Shown here: positions 34,337-45,044 of the stretch, in pieces | Position numbering within the stretch: the first letter of the stretch is position 1 | How the letters are laid out: each line of letters starts with the position of its first letter | Assembly (NCBI GenBank): GCA_049840735.1 | Contig: JASGJN010000020.1 | Location: 64,001 to 128,000, forward strand | Length of the DNA stretch: 64,000 nt | Source of the DNA: Anaeromyxobacter sp. | GTDB taxonomy: Bacteria > Myxococcota > Myxococcia > Myxococcales > Anaeromyxobacteraceae | Direction: 5' to 3' | Notes under the pieces: model-generated | What the model saw: only the letters and a program-made list of their open reading frames with translations | Database searches by the model: none | What the model was told of the DNA's origin: nothing | Made by a program: the position numbers and the translations under genes

Positions 34337-34401
34337 GTCGCCAAGGTAGGCGCGACGCGTCGCAGCGGCGACCGCCCGACGGAAGGGGGGCGGCTGAACC
34401 C

Positions 34402-34430
34402 TTGCGGCCCGTGCGCGGCGGTGCTAGAAA
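34402..34430 (+). promoter_or_regulatory. Sigma70-type promoter of tRNA-Thr
   Basis: TTGCGG-17 nt-TAGAAA with TGn extension, 13 nt before the tRNA. Confidence 0.6.
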
Positions 34431-34443
34431 GCCCGCGCTTCAC

Positions 34444-34519
34444 GCCGACATAGCTCAGCTGGCAGAGCAACTGATTCGTAATCAGTAGGTCCCCAGTTCA
34501 AGTCTGGGTGTCGGCTCCA
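34444..34519 (+). tRNA. tRNA-Thr(CGT)
   Basis: Acceptor GCCGACA/TGTCGGC, D arm TAGCTCAG..GG..AGAGC, anticodon stem ACTGA/TCAGT with loop TT-CGT-AA, T loop GTTCAAGT, encoded CCA. Confidence 0.97.
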
Positions 34520-34526
34520 GTTTTTC

Positions 34527-34568
34527 GACGGGCGCCCCGCCACACGGCCGGGCGCCCGTCGGCTTTTC
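34527..34568 (+). terminator. Probable intrinsic terminator after tRNA
   Basis: gacgggcgccc...gggcgcccgtc stem followed by ggctttt. Confidence 0.6.
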
Positions 34569-34596
34569 ACCGACCACAGCTGCGCCGGCTCGAGCC

Positions 34597-34866
34597 TCAC
34601 TTCAGCAGCTCATCGCCCCAGTCCTTCACCTGGTAGGCCTTCACCAGCCCCTCCAGCAGGAACGGATCGCCCTTCGCGAAGGCCTCGGCGGCGGCGCGGG
34701 TGCGGAAGAGGGCCATGTTGCCGCCGGCCGGATCGAGGAACGGCCCCACGCCGACCACCTCGCCGCGCGCCAGGAACTGATCCAGGAACGCCTTGTGGCG
34801 GGGGTACACGGCCATGACCTCGTCGCGGCTGCGGCCTGCGCTGGTCCCGATGACTGCAAAGAGCAT
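34597..34866 (-). CDS. YciI family protein
   Basis: HKAFL, GVGPF, AEAFAKGDPF; RBS GGAGG. Confidence 0.85.
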   Translation of the reverse strand: MLFAVIGTSAGRSRDEVMAVYPRHKAFLDQFLARGEVVGVGPFLDPAGGNMALFRTRAAAEAFAKGDPFLLEGLVKAYQVKDWGDELLK

Positions 34867-35075
34867 CTCGCCTCCCGAGGTGATGCGCGACTGTAGCGCG
34901 TCGGCTCCCTCCCGCGCACCAAGCGCGTGAGCGGCTCCACGGGGCCTCGACCCACGAGCCGGACGGTGCGCCTCGGGCCGGCGGTGCAGCAAGCCGGGGC
35001 TGACCCAGTTGACACCGGCGGTCGCGATCCGCGACGGTGGCCCGGCTTCCTCGTACCTCCTCCCGGAGACCCACG

Positions 35076-35431
35076 GTGACCGAGCCTCGCCCTTCCCTGA
35101 GCGCCCTGGACTGGATCGGGCCGCGGTGGTCGCGTCCGCCCTGGCCTACCTGGCGGCCTTCCCGCTGGCGATGGCGCCCTCGTTCCGGCGGATGTTCGAC
35201 GCGGCCGGCGGCTCCCTGCCCGAGCTCACCCAACTCGCGCTCACCCGCTGGTTCCCGCCGGTGCTGACCCTCCTGCCGGCGGTGCTGCTGTTCGCGGCGC
35301 TCCTGCCCCTGCTGACGCCCAGGTGGCGCCGCGCGCTGATCATCCTGGGCTTCTGTGCCGCGTCGGCCGCCCTGGCACTGCTCCACGTCGCCCTCTACCT
35401 GCCCATCCTGGAGCTCGCGTCGATCAAGTGA
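35076..35431 (+). CDS. Small membrane protein with PilC/GspF-like membrane segments; probable frameshift at ~35119
   Basis: RBS GGAGA + GTG gives MTEPRPSLSALDWI, joining AAVVASALAYLAAFP...FRRMFDAAGGSLPELTQL...ALYLPILELASIK. Confidence 0.65.
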
Positions 35432-35450
35432 TCGCGCCCGCCCTCCAGTC

Positions 35451-35837
35451 ATGCCCCCCTTCTTCACCGTCCTCCTCGCCGCCGTACTCCCGGCCATCCT
35501 GACCCTGGTGGCCCTCTTCCCCCTGTACGCAGTGGGCCGCTACGTGCTCCTGCGCCGGTACGGCGCCGGTCCAGCGCTGACGCGCTTCAAGCGCTGGACG
35601 GTGGGCGTGGGCCTCGGCGCGGGTCTCTTCGCCTACGCCGCCATCATCACCGGCGTGTTCTTCCCCGCCGCGGTCCCCGCCCTCTCGCGCTTCATCGCGA
35701 AAGGCGGGCTGGCGGCGGTCACGCCGCTGATCCTGCTGGACGGGGTGTTGGTGGCCGTCCTCCACCCGGACCGGGCGCTGGCCACCCGCGAGCGCTCCCA
35801 GCGCGCCGGAGCGGGCGAGCCGGGCGCGGCCGCCTGA
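35451..35837 (+). CDS. Small three-TM hypothetical membrane protein
   Basis: Three hydrophobic segments. Confidence 0.7.
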   Translation: MPPFFTVLLAAVLPAILTLVALFPLYAVGRYVLLRRYGAGPALTRFKRWTVGVGLGAGLFAYAAIITGVFFPAAVPALSRFIAKGGLAAVTPLILLDGVLVAVLHPDRALATRERSQRAGAGEPGAAA

Positions 35838-35896
35838 CCCGGAGCGGGGGCCCCGCCAGGAAAGTGTAATGTGGGAGGGTCTGACCCCTATTCCCC

Positions 35897-37139
35897 CTAT
35901 TCCAGCGCCCGACGGATGTCGGCGATCAGGTCGTCCGGGTCCTCCAGGCCGACCGAGACGCGGATCATGTTGTCGCCGATGCCGGCGGCGCGACGCTCGT
36001 CCGGCGTCATGTCGGAGTGGGTCATCGAGGCCGGGTGCTCGATGAGGGTCTCGATGCCACCCAGGCTCACCGCCAGGTGGAAGACCTTCACCGCGTCGAG
36101 CACGCGGAAGGCCTCGCCCTCGCCGCCGCGGACCAGGAAGCTCACCAGGCTGCCGCTCCCGCCCAGCTGGTGGCGGGCCAGCGCCACCTGCGCCTGGCCC
36201 ATCTCCGGCAGGCCGGGGTAGAGCACGCGCTCCACGCGCGGGTGCTCCCGCAGCACGGCCACCAGCCGCCGGGCGTTCTCCTGCTGCTTCTCCATGCGGA
36301 GCTGGAGCGTGCCCAGGCTGCGCAGGATCAGCCAGGCTGTGTCCGGGTCGGAGTTGGCGCCAAAGATGGTGCGGGTGGCCTTGATCTTCCCGATGTCCTC
36401 GCGCGACCCCATCGCGATGCCGGCCACCAGGTCGGAGTGGCCGCCGATGAACTTGGTGGCCGAGTAGAGGATCACGTCCGCGCCCAGCTCGCGCGGCCGG
36501 GCGAAGATGGGCCCCATGAACGTGTTGTCGACGAAGACCTGGATGCGCTTGCCGCCGGCGGCGCGCCGGTCGGCCACGCGCCGGGCGGCGGCCACGTCGG
36601 TGAGCACGTTGGTGGGGTTGGCGGGCGACTCGACGTAGATGACGCGCGTGTCCGGGTGCGCCGCCACGATGGCGTCCAGCTCGCGCTCGTCGGTGCCGGC
36701 CGGGAACGGCGTGCTCTGGATCCCGAACTCGGGCAGGAGGTGGCGGAACAGGTACTCGGTGCCGCCGTAGACCGGGTCGGAGAAGAGGACCCGATCGCCG
36801 GGGCGCAGGAAGGTGAGGCAGGCGCAGGAGATGGCGCTCATCCCGGAGGAGAAGAGCGCGGCCGCCTCCATGCCGTCCCAGGCCGTGACCCGGTCCTCCA
36901 CCATCTCGCAGTTGGGGTTGTTGACCCGCGTGTAGATCAGCGCCGGCTGCTCGCCCGGCTCGGCGGGTCGCAGCCCGTAGGCGATCTCGAAGGCCCGCTT
37001 CCCCGCCGCGGCCTTCTTGAAGACGAAGGTCGAGGTCCGGAAGATGGGCGGCACCGCCGCGCCCTCGGAGAGCTGCGGATTCGTAGCCGCGGTTCAGGAT
37101 TCGGGTCTGGGGACGGAGGCTGCGGGGGACGTCGGCCAT
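35897..37139 (-). CDS. Cys/Met metabolism PLP enzyme (methionine gamma-lyase/cystathionine gamma-synthase family); apparent frameshift at ~37080
   Basis: PPIFRTSTF, YTRVNNP, FSSGMSAI, VDNTF, YSATKFIGGHSD, AVSLGG, HPASMTH. Confidence 0.93.
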
Positions 37140-37273
37140 GGCGGCACCTCCGGGCGGGAGCCTAGCACCCGCGCGCGTGGACGCCGCCAGCCCAAGGGCT
37201 GGGTCGGTAGTTTTGCGGAGGGAGGCGCGCCTCGCCGTTGCTGCAACCAGGGCGCAGCGGGCGAAGGCCCTTC

Positions 37274-40021
37274 CTAGAAGTCCTTCAGCGTGACCTCGTC
37301 GCCTTCGTCCATCGGGAACGGGTCCGCGGTCTTGCCGTTCTTGCGGACCGTGCGTGCGGGCGGCGGCACCGGCGGCCTGGCCGCGGGCAGCGCCGGGCGC
37401 GCAGCCGGCGCCGGCACGGCACGGCCCTTCCGCGCCGGGCCGCTGGCTCCCTCCAGCTTGAAGGTGGCCACCATGGCCGCCAGCTCCTCGGCCTGGCTGT
37501 TCAGCTCGGAGGCCGCGGAGGAGGACTGCTCGGCGCTGGCCGCGTTCTGCTGGGTGACCTTGTCCATCTCGGAGATGGACCGGTTCACCTGGGCCACGCC
37601 GCCGGCCTGCTGGACGGCGGCGGAGGAGATCTCGGCCACGATGTCCGACACCTTGCCCACGCCGGCCACGATCTCCTGCAGCTTGCCGGAGACGCGCTGG
37701 GAGGCGCCGGCGCCCTCCCCCACCTGCTTCACCGACTCGCGGATCAGCCCCTCGGTCTTGCTGGCCGCCTCCTTGGCGCGCAGCGCCAGCGAGCGGACCT
37801 CCTCGGCCACCACCGCGAACCCGCGGCCGGCCTCGCCGGCCCGGGCCGCCTCCACCGCCGCGTTGAGCGCCAGCAGGTTGGTCTGGAAGGCGATGTCGGT
37901 CACGTCCTTGATGATCTGCGAGGTGGCCTCGGCGCTCTCGCGGATGCGGGACATGGCGCCCTGCAGCCGCTCCATCTCCCCTGCGCCGTCGCTGGCGGCC
38001 GCCCGGGCGCCCTGGGCCAGCGCGCTGGCCTGCTGGGCGCTCTCGGTGGTGTGGGCGGTCATGGCCGCCACCGACTCGAACGTCGAGGTGGTCTCCTGCA
38101 GCGTGGCGGCCTGCTCGGAGGCGCCGCTGGCCACCGCCTGCGAGGAGCTGGCGATCTGCGCCGCCGCCGAGGAGACCTGCCCGGCCGCCTGGGAGACCTG
38201 TGACATGGCCTCGTGGAGCGCCTTGCCGGTGGCGTTGACGGCGTCGCGGAGCCGGGCGTGACCGCCGCGGTACTCGCCGCTCATGCGGACCCGCAGATCG
38301 CGCTGGGACAGCGCCTCCAGCACCCGGGTGACCTCCTCCATGGGCGCGAGCAGGGCCGCCACGGTGGCGTTGAGCTGCTCCGCCATGGTCCGGGCGTCGT
38401 GCTGGTACCGGGCGGTGTCGAGGCGTTCACCCAGCTCCCCGGCGGCCAGCCGCTGCAGGAGCGCGGCCGCGTCCCGGTTCGGCGCCAGCGCCGCGTCCAG
38501 CGTGGCGTTCACGCCCTGGAGGATGCGGCGGTAGTCGCCGGCGTGCCGGGCCGCGTCCGCCCGCACGCCCAGGTGCCCCTCCGACGCGGCCCTGGCCAGC
38601 GCGTCCACGTCCGCGATCAGCGCCTGCAGGCGCTCCCGCACCCGCTCCACCGCCTCGTTGACGGCCGCGCGCTTGCCCGGGAACCGCTCCAGCTTCACCT
38701 CGAAGTTGCCCTGGCTGAACTGCTCCACGCACGCCAGCAGCTTCCGGGTGAGCGCCAGCTGGTCGGCCGCCATTCCGTTCACGCCCTGCGCCAGCGCCTT
38801 GAACCCGCCCTCGAAGCGGCCCGCGTCGATGGTGGCGTCGCTGTCGCCCGCCGCCTGCGCCGCGGTCATGCGGGTCAGCTCGCTCACCAGCCCCTTGAGG
38901 CTGCCGCGCACCTGCTCCAGCGTCTCGTTCACCTGCCGCATCTTGCCGGGCAGCGGCGGCAGCGTCGCGTCGAAGTTGCCCCGCGCCAGCTGGGCCACCG
39001 TCTCCATCGCCTGCCGGGTCAGGGCCACGTGGCTCGCCACCATGGCGTTCATGCTGCGGGCCAGCTCGCGGTAGGCGCCCGGAAAGCGGGCCTCGTCCAG
39101 CCGCACGTCGATGTCGCCGGCCTCGTGCGCGCCGCTCATGTGGCCCAGCTCTTCGGAGAGCCCGCCCACGGTGCCGGCGAGCGCTCCCAGCTCCTGGGCC
39201 ACGTACGCCAGCTCGCTGGTGGTGCCCTGCGCCGCGCCATGGGAGTCGAACCGGCCCTGCGCCACGGCGTCGATGCGCGCCACCAGCCCCTCGATGGTGC
39301 GCGAGGTCCCCTGGGCGGAGGTGCGGACGGCGATCACGAGCGAGAGCAGCGCCAGCGCGCCCACCACCAGCAGGTGGACGGCCAGGTGCGTGTAGACCAC
39401 GCCCGAGGCCGCCAGGGCGAACAGGTAGGCCAGCATCACCAGCGGGCCGATGCCCACGCAGAGCGCCAGCCAGACCCGGCGCGCGTTCTCGTCCACCACC
39501 ACCAGCTCCTCGCGGCGCAGCCGGATGGACGCGAGCCGCGGGTCGTCCAGGATGGGCCCGACCGCCCCCTCCACGATGACGAGGGAGATGAAGTAGTTGT
39601 AGGGGCCGACCAGCAGGGGCACGGCCACGCAGACCGCCAGCTGCACCGGCGTGGCGCCGGCCAGGAGCCAGACCGCCACCGTGAGCGCGCTCGGGCCGAT
39701 GGTCCAGCGCAGCGCGGTGCGCCTGGCGTCGGCCGCGGGGAGCCGCAGCAGCGCCAGCTTGGCGGCCCGGAGCGAGGCGGGCGTGCCCTCCGCCACCTGC
39801 GCCGTGATGCTCCGCACGCTGCCGCGCAGCGTGAGCACCGCGTGCAGGGACATGGCCGCCAGCGCCACCGCCGCGCCGGGCAGGAAGACCTTGAGCTGGT
39901 CGCCGGTGAACCGGGCGGAGAAGGCCACGAAGTACATGCCGAAGGGCATGCTGACCGCCGTCGCGAGCAGGTCTCGACGCGTCTTGATCTTCTTCACCAG
40001 TCCGGCGAGCAGGGCTTCCAC
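37274..40021 (-). CDS. Methyl-accepting chemotaxis protein (multi-TM sensor, poly-HAMP)
   Basis: [34 protein letters not shown]; repeated HAMP-like units; RBS AAGGAGGAGG. Confidence 0.95.
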   Translation of the reverse strand: MEALLAGLVKKIKTRRDLLATAVSMPFGMYFVAFSARFTGDQLKVFLPGAAVALAAMSLHAVLTLRGSVRSITAQVAEGTPASLRAAKLALLRLPAADARRTALRWTIGPSALTVAVWLLAGATPVQLAVCVAVPLLVGPYNYFISLVIVEGAVGPILDDPRLASIRLRREELVVVDENARRVWLALCVGIGPLVMLAYLFALAASGVVYTHLAVHLLVVGALALLSLVIAVRTSAQGTSRTIEGLVARIDAVAQGRFDSHGAAQGTTSELAYVAQELGALAGTVGGLSEELGHMSGAHEAGDIDVRLDEARFPGAYRELARSMNAMVASHVALTRQAMETVAQLARGNFDATLPPLPGKMRQVNETLEQVRGSLKGLVSELTRMTAAQAAGDSDATIDAGRFEGGFKALAQGVNGMAADQLALTRKLLACVEQFSQGNFEVKLERFPGKRAAVNEAVERVRERLQALIADVDALARAASEGHLGVRADAARHAGDYRRILQGVNATLDAALAPNRDAAALLQRLAAGELGERLDTARYQHDARTMAEQLNATVAALLAPMEEVTRVLEALSQRDLRVRMSGEYRGGHARLRDAVNATGKALHEAMSQVSQAAGQVSSAAAQIASSSQAVASGASEQAATLQETTSTFESVAAMTAHTTESAQQASALAQGARAAASDGAGEMERLQGAMSRIRESAEATSQIIKDVTDIAFQTNLLALNAAVEAARAGEAGRGFAVVAEEVRSLALRAKEAASKTEGLIRESVKQVGEGAGASQRVSGKLQEIVAGVGKVSDIVAEISSAAVQQAGGVAQVNRSISEMDKVTQQNAASAEQSSSAASELNSQAEELAAMVATFKLEGASGPARKGRAVPAPAARPALPAARPPVPPPARTVRKNGKTADPFPMDEGDEVTLKDF

Positions 40022-40404
40022 ACGTACCTCCTCCTTCACGCATCGTCGCAGCCGAGTGGCGAACGACCCGCGGGCCCCCTGGCACGTGCATCGACGGCGC
40101 CACCCCACGGGCGGGCGTCACGCGCGGTCTCACGCGGGTTTTTCACGCCCCGGCGCAGGGCCTGGGCGGCGGCGCGGGGACCCAGGGTCAGGTGTGGGCA
40201 GCCCTGCCCAGCGCCGGCGAGCCGATCGGCACCCCATCCGGGACCGATGTGTGCCGCCAACCTCTCGGGTTCCCGGACGTTTACGCCGATGGCTTACCTT
40301 GATTGGACGTAATGTCGCAGCTAGCATGCGCCCGCCCCATGGATGAGTCTGGGGCACCACTCCCTGGGCCACATCACCCTCACCACGCGCGAGGTCACCC
40401 CGAC

Positions 40405-41922
40405 ATGGCCGGCAAGAAGAGCTTCTACGAAGAGGCGATGGAGATCTTCCACCGCGCAGCGGACCTCATCCACATGGATCCGCGGGTCCGGCTGGAGCTG
40501 GAGGAGCCTGACTTCGAGCACATCTTCTACGTGACGGTCGACCTGAACGACCGGCTGGTGCCGGTGCCGCCGGCCGAGGCCGCCCCCTTCGCCGACCTGC
40601 CCGCCTCCGGCGTGAAGGCGGCCGACGCGCTGGAGCCCCTGGCCAGCGGCGCGTTCATCCTGCACCGGCGCGCGCTGCTGGAGGCCGACCTCGCCATGCG
40701 CCAGGGCGTGATCCGCATCCCCGGCAAGGGGCTCTTCCGCCTGGAGAAGGGCGGCCCGCGCAAGTACAAGGCCTACCGCATCCAGCACAACGCCGTGCGC
40801 GGCCCGTACAAGGGCGGCATCCGCTACCACAAGGCCTGCACGCTCGACCTGTTCAAGACGCTGGCGGCGGACATGACCTGGAAGACCGCCATCGCCGAGA
40901 TCCCCTTCGGCGGCGGCAAGGGCGGCATCCGCTTCGACCCCTTCGCGCACTCGAAGGAGGAGATCGAGCGCATCACGCTGCGCTACGTCTACAAGCTCAA
41001 GAACCTGATGGGCCCGTACCTGGACATCCCGGCCCCGGACGTCGGCACCAACGGCCAGGTCATGGCCATCATGATGCGCCAGTACACGGATGGTGAACGC
41101 GACAAGCACGCGCTGCGCGGCGTGGTCACCGGCAAGGACGTGCGCATCGGCGGCTCGGAGGGGCGCGTCAAGGCCACCGGCCAGGGCGTGGTCTACTGCA
41201 TCGAGGAGTGGGCCCGCGAGCACGAGCTGCAGCTCAGGGGCGCCCGGGTGCTGATCCAGGGCTTCGGCAACGTCGGCTCGGCCGCGGCCGAGATCCTGGC
41301 GGCCATGGGCGCGAAGATCGTGGCGGTCAACGACGCCAACGGGACGGTCCACCGCGACGGCGGTCTGGACGTGGCCGCGCTGGTCCAGCACGTCCACGCG
41401 AACCCGGCCAACCTGGCCCGCACCGTGGCGGGGTTCAGCGGCGGCACCGCCATCTCCAAGGACGACTTCTGGGGCGTGGACGCCGACATCCTGATCCCGG
41501 CCGCGCTGGGCGAGGAGATCGACGGCCCGGTGGCGGAGCGGCTCAAGGTGAAGCTGGTGGCGGAGGGCGCGAACGGCCCCACCACGCGCGAGGGCGACCG
41601 GGTGCTGGCGGCCCGCGGGATCGAGACCATCCCGGACATCATCTGCAACGCCGGCGGCGTCACCGTCTCCTACTACGAGTGGCTGCAGAACCAGCGGCTC
41701 GAGACCTGGAGCGAGGCCGAGGTGAACAGCCGGCTGGAGCGGGCCATCAAGCGCAACTGGGCCATCATCCGCGACGTGGCCCGCGACCGGCCGCAGCGCA
41801 CCGCCATGCACGACTCCCGCCCGTTCTGCGTGGGGCAGCCGGTGGACGTGCGCACCGCGGCCATGATCCTGGCCCTGAAGCGGATCGAGGCGCACTACCT
41901 GCTGGAGGGGTTCTCGCAATAG
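40405..41922 (+). CDS. gdhA: Glu/Leu/Phe/Val (glutamate) dehydrogenase
   Basis: RGPYKGGIRY, FGGGKGG, DIPAPDVGT, QGFGNVG, EGANGP, NAGGVTVSY. Confidence 0.92.
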   Translation: MAGKKSFYEEAMEIFHRAADLIHMDPRVRLELEEPDFEHIFYVTVDLNDRLVPVPPAEAAPFADLPASGVKAADALEPLASGAFILHRRALLEADLAMRQGVIRIPGKGLFRLEKGGPRKYKAYRIQHNAVRGPYKGGIRYHKACTLDLFKTLAADMTWKTAIAEIPFGGGKGGIRFDPFAHSKEEIERITLRYVYKLKNLMGPYLDIPAPDVGTNGQVMAIMMRQYTDGERDKHALRGVVTGKDVRIGGSEGRVKATGQGVVYCIEEWAREHELQLRGARVLIQGFGNVGSAAAEILAAMGAKIVAVNDANGTVHRDGGLDVAALVQHVHANPANLARTVAGFSGGTAISKDDFWGVDADILIPAALGEEIDGPVAERLKVKLVAEGANGPTTREGDRVLAARGIETIPDIICNAGGVTVSYYEWLQNQRLETWSEAEVNSRLERAIKRNWAIIRDVARDRPQRTAMHDSRPFCVGQPVDVRTAAMILALKRIEAHYLLEGFSQ

Positions 41923-41936
41923 GCCGATCGACGCCT

Positions 41937-41990
41937 GGCCTTCGACTCCGGGCCCGCCTCAGGGCGGGCCCTACGCTCAGGCCGAACGGA
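41937..41990. repeat. Long-form REP-like repeat between convergent genes
   Basis: ggcCTTCGACTCCG-ggcccgcc tcag ggcgggcc-CTACGCTCAGgccgaacgga. Confidence 0.9.
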
Positions 41991-42046
41991 CCGCGAGGCG
42001 AACGGACCGCAAGGCGAACGGACCGCAAGACGAACGGACCGCCAGG
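41983..42046 (+). repeat. Four 16-bp tandem repeats
   Basis: cgaacggaccgcgagg / cgaacggaccgcaagg / cgaacggaccgcaaga / cgaacggaccgccagg. Confidence 0.92.
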
Positions 42047-42053
42047 CCACACT

Positions 42054-43694
42054 TCACGCGTCGTCGCCGGCCACCGCGTCCAGCACCGCCTCCCGCCGCC
42101 GGGCCAGCAGCCGGCCGGTGCGCGGGAGCGCGGCCCGGTAGACGGCGGCGCCGGCCAGCCCGAGCGCCGCCCAGCCGCCCACCATCGCCCAGGGCGAGTC
42201 CAGCCAGAGCCCGACCAGGACCGGGACCGAGAAGATCCCGCCGCCGACCACCAAGATCGCCATGCCGAGCAGCGCCGAGAGCGGCGGGATCCAGCCGCCG
42301 CGCTGCACGGTGCGCGGCATGGCCCGCGGGTTGAGCGTGGACACCAGGTTCCCGGCCGACAGGAACCAGGGCGCGAGCGACAGGAACAGCACCGCCGCGC
42401 CCACCGCGGCCCAGGCTGGCGGCGCGCCCTGCGTGGCGGTCAGCGCCGAGGCGCTGGCCCCGAACAGCACCAGCGCCATCACCACCGCGCCCACGTTCTT
42501 GGCCCGCAGCACGTCGCCCGGGTCGACCGGGGCCAGGAACCAGAGCCGGGTCCCGCCGCGATCGCTCCCCAGCGCGTTGAGCCAGAAGACCTGCGTGACC
42601 AGGTGCGCGTAGAGCGCGAAGCCGAGCAGCGGCACGGCGGTCACCACCTCGCTGGCCTCGGCCTGCGTGAAGCGGGCGGCCCGCCAGCCCACGAAGGCCG
42701 CGAACCCCGGCACCACCAGCGCCAGCACGCCGGAGAGCGGGTGGCGGAGCAGGTACTTGAGCTCCTTCTCCAGCAGCGGCCCCAGCCGCCCCGGGAGCCG
42801 CCAGCCCGCGCCGGCCCCGCTCCCGCCGACGCGGGTGGGGACGCCGTCCGACCCGGAGCGCGCCTCGGCCAGCGCCAGCCGGAAGGCGGCCCAGCCCATG
42901 GCCGCGCCGGACAGCGCCAGCGCCCCCAGCCAGGGCAGCGCGGCCAGCGGCCGGCCCTGGTAGAGCGGCCGTGCGGCGAGGTCGGCCAGCGACGCCGGCA
43001 GCGCCAGCCAGCGGACCGCCTTCAGCACGCCCAGGAGCTGGGACACCGCGCCCCAGCCGCGGCTGCTGCCCCAGGCCAGCAGGAACGCGAGGCCGACGTA
43101 GATCGCGGCGATGCCCACCTCGCGCACGCGACGGCGGCCCCGCATCACCCGGGCCGCCAGCTCCTGGAGGAGCGCCGTGCCGGCCGCGGTCGCGGCGGCG
43201 AAGGTCAGGTTGACCAGCGCGAGCAGCACCGCCCAGGGCCCGGGGCGGGCCAGGGTGGCGCCGGCGAAGGCGCCCAGCAGGATCAGCGACCAGAACACGG
43301 CGAAGGGATCGCCCAGCACCGAGGCGGTCAGGCCGTAGGCGTACACGCGCCCAGGGCGCAGGGGGTAGACCAGGTAGCGGCGCAGGTCGAGCGCCTCCCG
43401 GTCGTTCATGGTCAGCGCCATGGCGGTCCAGGCCTGCCAGACGCCGAAGTAGAGCGCGGTGACGGTCCAGGTGGCGGCCAGGCCGTGCCCGGTGCGCACG
43501 GCGCCGAAGGAGCTCCAGCCGGCCATCACGGCGAAGGCCACGCCGGCGGGGATGGCCATCACCACCGTGAAGATGCGCGCCACCAGGTCCGGCACCCCGG
43601 CGCGCCCGCGCAGCGCCCGCCAGAGCAGCAGGAGCCGCAGCTCCACCAGGGCGCGCAGCGTCGCGCCGCCGTGCCCCTCCCGCGCCGGCGTCAC
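42054..43694 (-). CDS. ABC-2-type transporter permease
   Basis: Roughly 12 TM segments, EKELKYLLR motif, coupled to the ATPase gene. Confidence 0.85.
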   Translation of the reverse strand: MTPAREGHGGATLRALVELRLLLLWRALRGRAGVPDLVARIFTVVMAIPAGVAFAVMAGWSSFGAVRTGHGLAATWTVTALYFGVWQAWTAMALTMNDREALDLRRYLVYPLRPGRVYAYGLTASVLGDPFAVFWSLILLGAFAGATLARPGPWAVLLALVNLTFAAATAAGTALLQELAARVMRGRRRVREVGIAAIYVGLAFLLAWGSSRGWGAVSQLLGVLKAVRWLALPASLADLAARPLYQGRPLAALPWLGALALSGAAMGWAAFRLALAEARSGSDGVPTRVGGSGAGAGWRLPGRLGPLLEKELKYLLRHPLSGVLALVVPGFAAFVGWRAARFTQAEASEVVTAVPLLGFALYAHLVTQVFWLNALGSDRGGTRLWFLAPVDPGDVLRAKNVGAVVMALVLFGASASALTATQGAPPAWAAVGAAVLFLSLAPWFLSAGNLVSTLNPRAMPRTVQRGGWIPPLSALLGMAILVVGGGIFSVPVLVGLWLDSPWAMVGGWAALGLAGAAVYRAALPRTGRLLARRREAVLDAVAGDDA

Positions 43695-44458
43695 GCGGGC
43701 GTCCCCTCGCCCAGCCAGGACAGGCCGGCGCGCGGGACCTTCTCCTCGCCCACGGTGCGGATGAAGACCTCCTCCAGCGTGCCGGCGCCGCGGACCTCCT
43801 CCAGCGTGCCCTGCGCGGCCAGCCGCCCTTCGCGGATGATCCCGACGTGCGTGACCAGCCGCTCCACCACCTCCAGCACGTGGCTGGTGAGGAAGATGGT
43901 CATGGCCCCGCGGGCCACCAGCGCCTGCAGCAGCTGGCGGATGCCGGAGACGGCCACCGCGTCGATGCCCTCGAAGGGCTCGTCGAGGAACAGCAGCCTG
44001 GGCCCGTGGATGAGCGCGCAGCCCAGCGCCAGCTTCTTGCGCATGCCGTGGCTGTACGCGCCCACCAGCTTCCCGGCGTGCTCGGTCAGCTCCAGCGCGG
44101 CCAGCAGCTCGTCGGCGCGCCGCGCGGCCACGGTCCGGGGGAGGCCGTAGAGCTGGCCGTGGATGCGCAGCTGCTCGGCGCCGGAGAGCCGCTCGAAGAG
44201 CCCGAGCCCGTCGGGGACCACACCGATTTGCCGCTTCACCTCCAGCGCGTCGCGCTCGACGTCGAGCCCGAGGACGCGCGCGGTGCCGGTGCTGGCGGCG
44301 AGCAGGCCGGTGAGGATCTTGATGGTGGTGCTCTTGCCGGCGCCGTTGGGGCCGAGGAAGCCGTAGAAGGCGCCGGCGGGGACCGCCAGCGACAGGTCGG
44401 CGACCGCGGGCCTGCCTTCGAACAGCCGCGTCAGGCCTCGGGTCTCGATCGCGAGCAT
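43691..44458 (-). CDS. ABC transporter ATP-binding protein
   Basis: GPNGAGKS, YSHGM, LFLDEP, TSH. Confidence 0.95.
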   Translation of the reverse strand: MLAIETRGLTRLFEGRPAVADLSLAVPAGAFYGFLGPNGAGKSTTIKILTGLLAASTGTARVLGLDVERDALEVKRQIGVVPDGLGLFERLSGAEQLRIHGQLYGLPRTVAARRADELLAALELTEHAGKLVGAYSHGMRKKLALGCALIHGPRLLFLDEPFEGIDAVAVSGIRQLLQALVARGAMTIFLTSHVLEVVERLVTHVGIIREGRLAAQGTLEEVRGAGTLEEVFIRTVGEEKVPRAGLSWLGEGTPA

Positions 44459-44515
44459 CCCGAGTCGGGTAACACGGGGACCGGGGTGCGGCAACGACGG
44501 CGGCGTGCGCCGATG

Positions 44516-44881
44516 TCAGTGGACGTCGGAGGTGGTGCCGGGCTCGGGCTCGAAGAAGAGGAAGCGCAAGCCCATCCCCCGCATGGCGAGCGGCCCGGGG
44601 TTGGGGCCGCGGGCGCGGCCCAGCAGGTGGCAGACGTACCTCACCTCGGCCACCGCCAGCATCTCGCCCTTCTCCGACGGGAAGGTGATGCGCACCTGTG
44701 ATCCGATGGGCTGCGGATTGCGGGTCTCGACGAAGAGGCCGCCCTCGGAGATGTTCCGCGCGATGCCGAGGGCGCAGCCCTGGTCGCCCTCCAGGTACAC
44801 CCGGAACACCTTGTCCAGGCGCGGCCCATCGCGCCGTTCCGCCGACTCCAGAGCCGCCCCACCGCGCCGAGACCAGAGCAT
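44516..44881 (-). CDS. PilZ domain protein
   Basis: RRDGPR (RxxxR), NISEGG (D/NxSxxG), GMGLRF; start uncertain. Confidence 0.85.
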   Translation of the reverse strand: MLWSRRGGAALESAERRDGPRLDKVFRVYLEGDQGCALGIARNISEGGLFVETRNPQPIGSQVRITFPSEKGEMLAVAEVRYVCHLLGRARGPNPGPLAMRGMGLRFLFFEPEPGTTSDVH

Positions 44882-45044
44882 CCGTCTCCCTCCGAACGGC
44901 TCCAGCCTATGGTGGTGGTCTGATGTAGTCAAAATTCCGACCTTAACCTACGCGCAGGCCTGACTATCCTCCAGGGTCGTCCCGTATCCTGAGTACGCTG
45001 GATTCCGGTGGTTTTCCCTCCCCCGCCGTCCGAGGTCGCGCCGA

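Noticed and set aside
34444..37270. Genomic island integrated at tRNA-Thr
   Set aside because: No integrase, no duplicated tRNA 3' end found, no obvious compositional shift.
41983..42046. CRISPR array
   Set aside because: Contiguous 16-bp units with no spacers and no cas genes. The dispersed palindromic repeats are also not regularly spaced.
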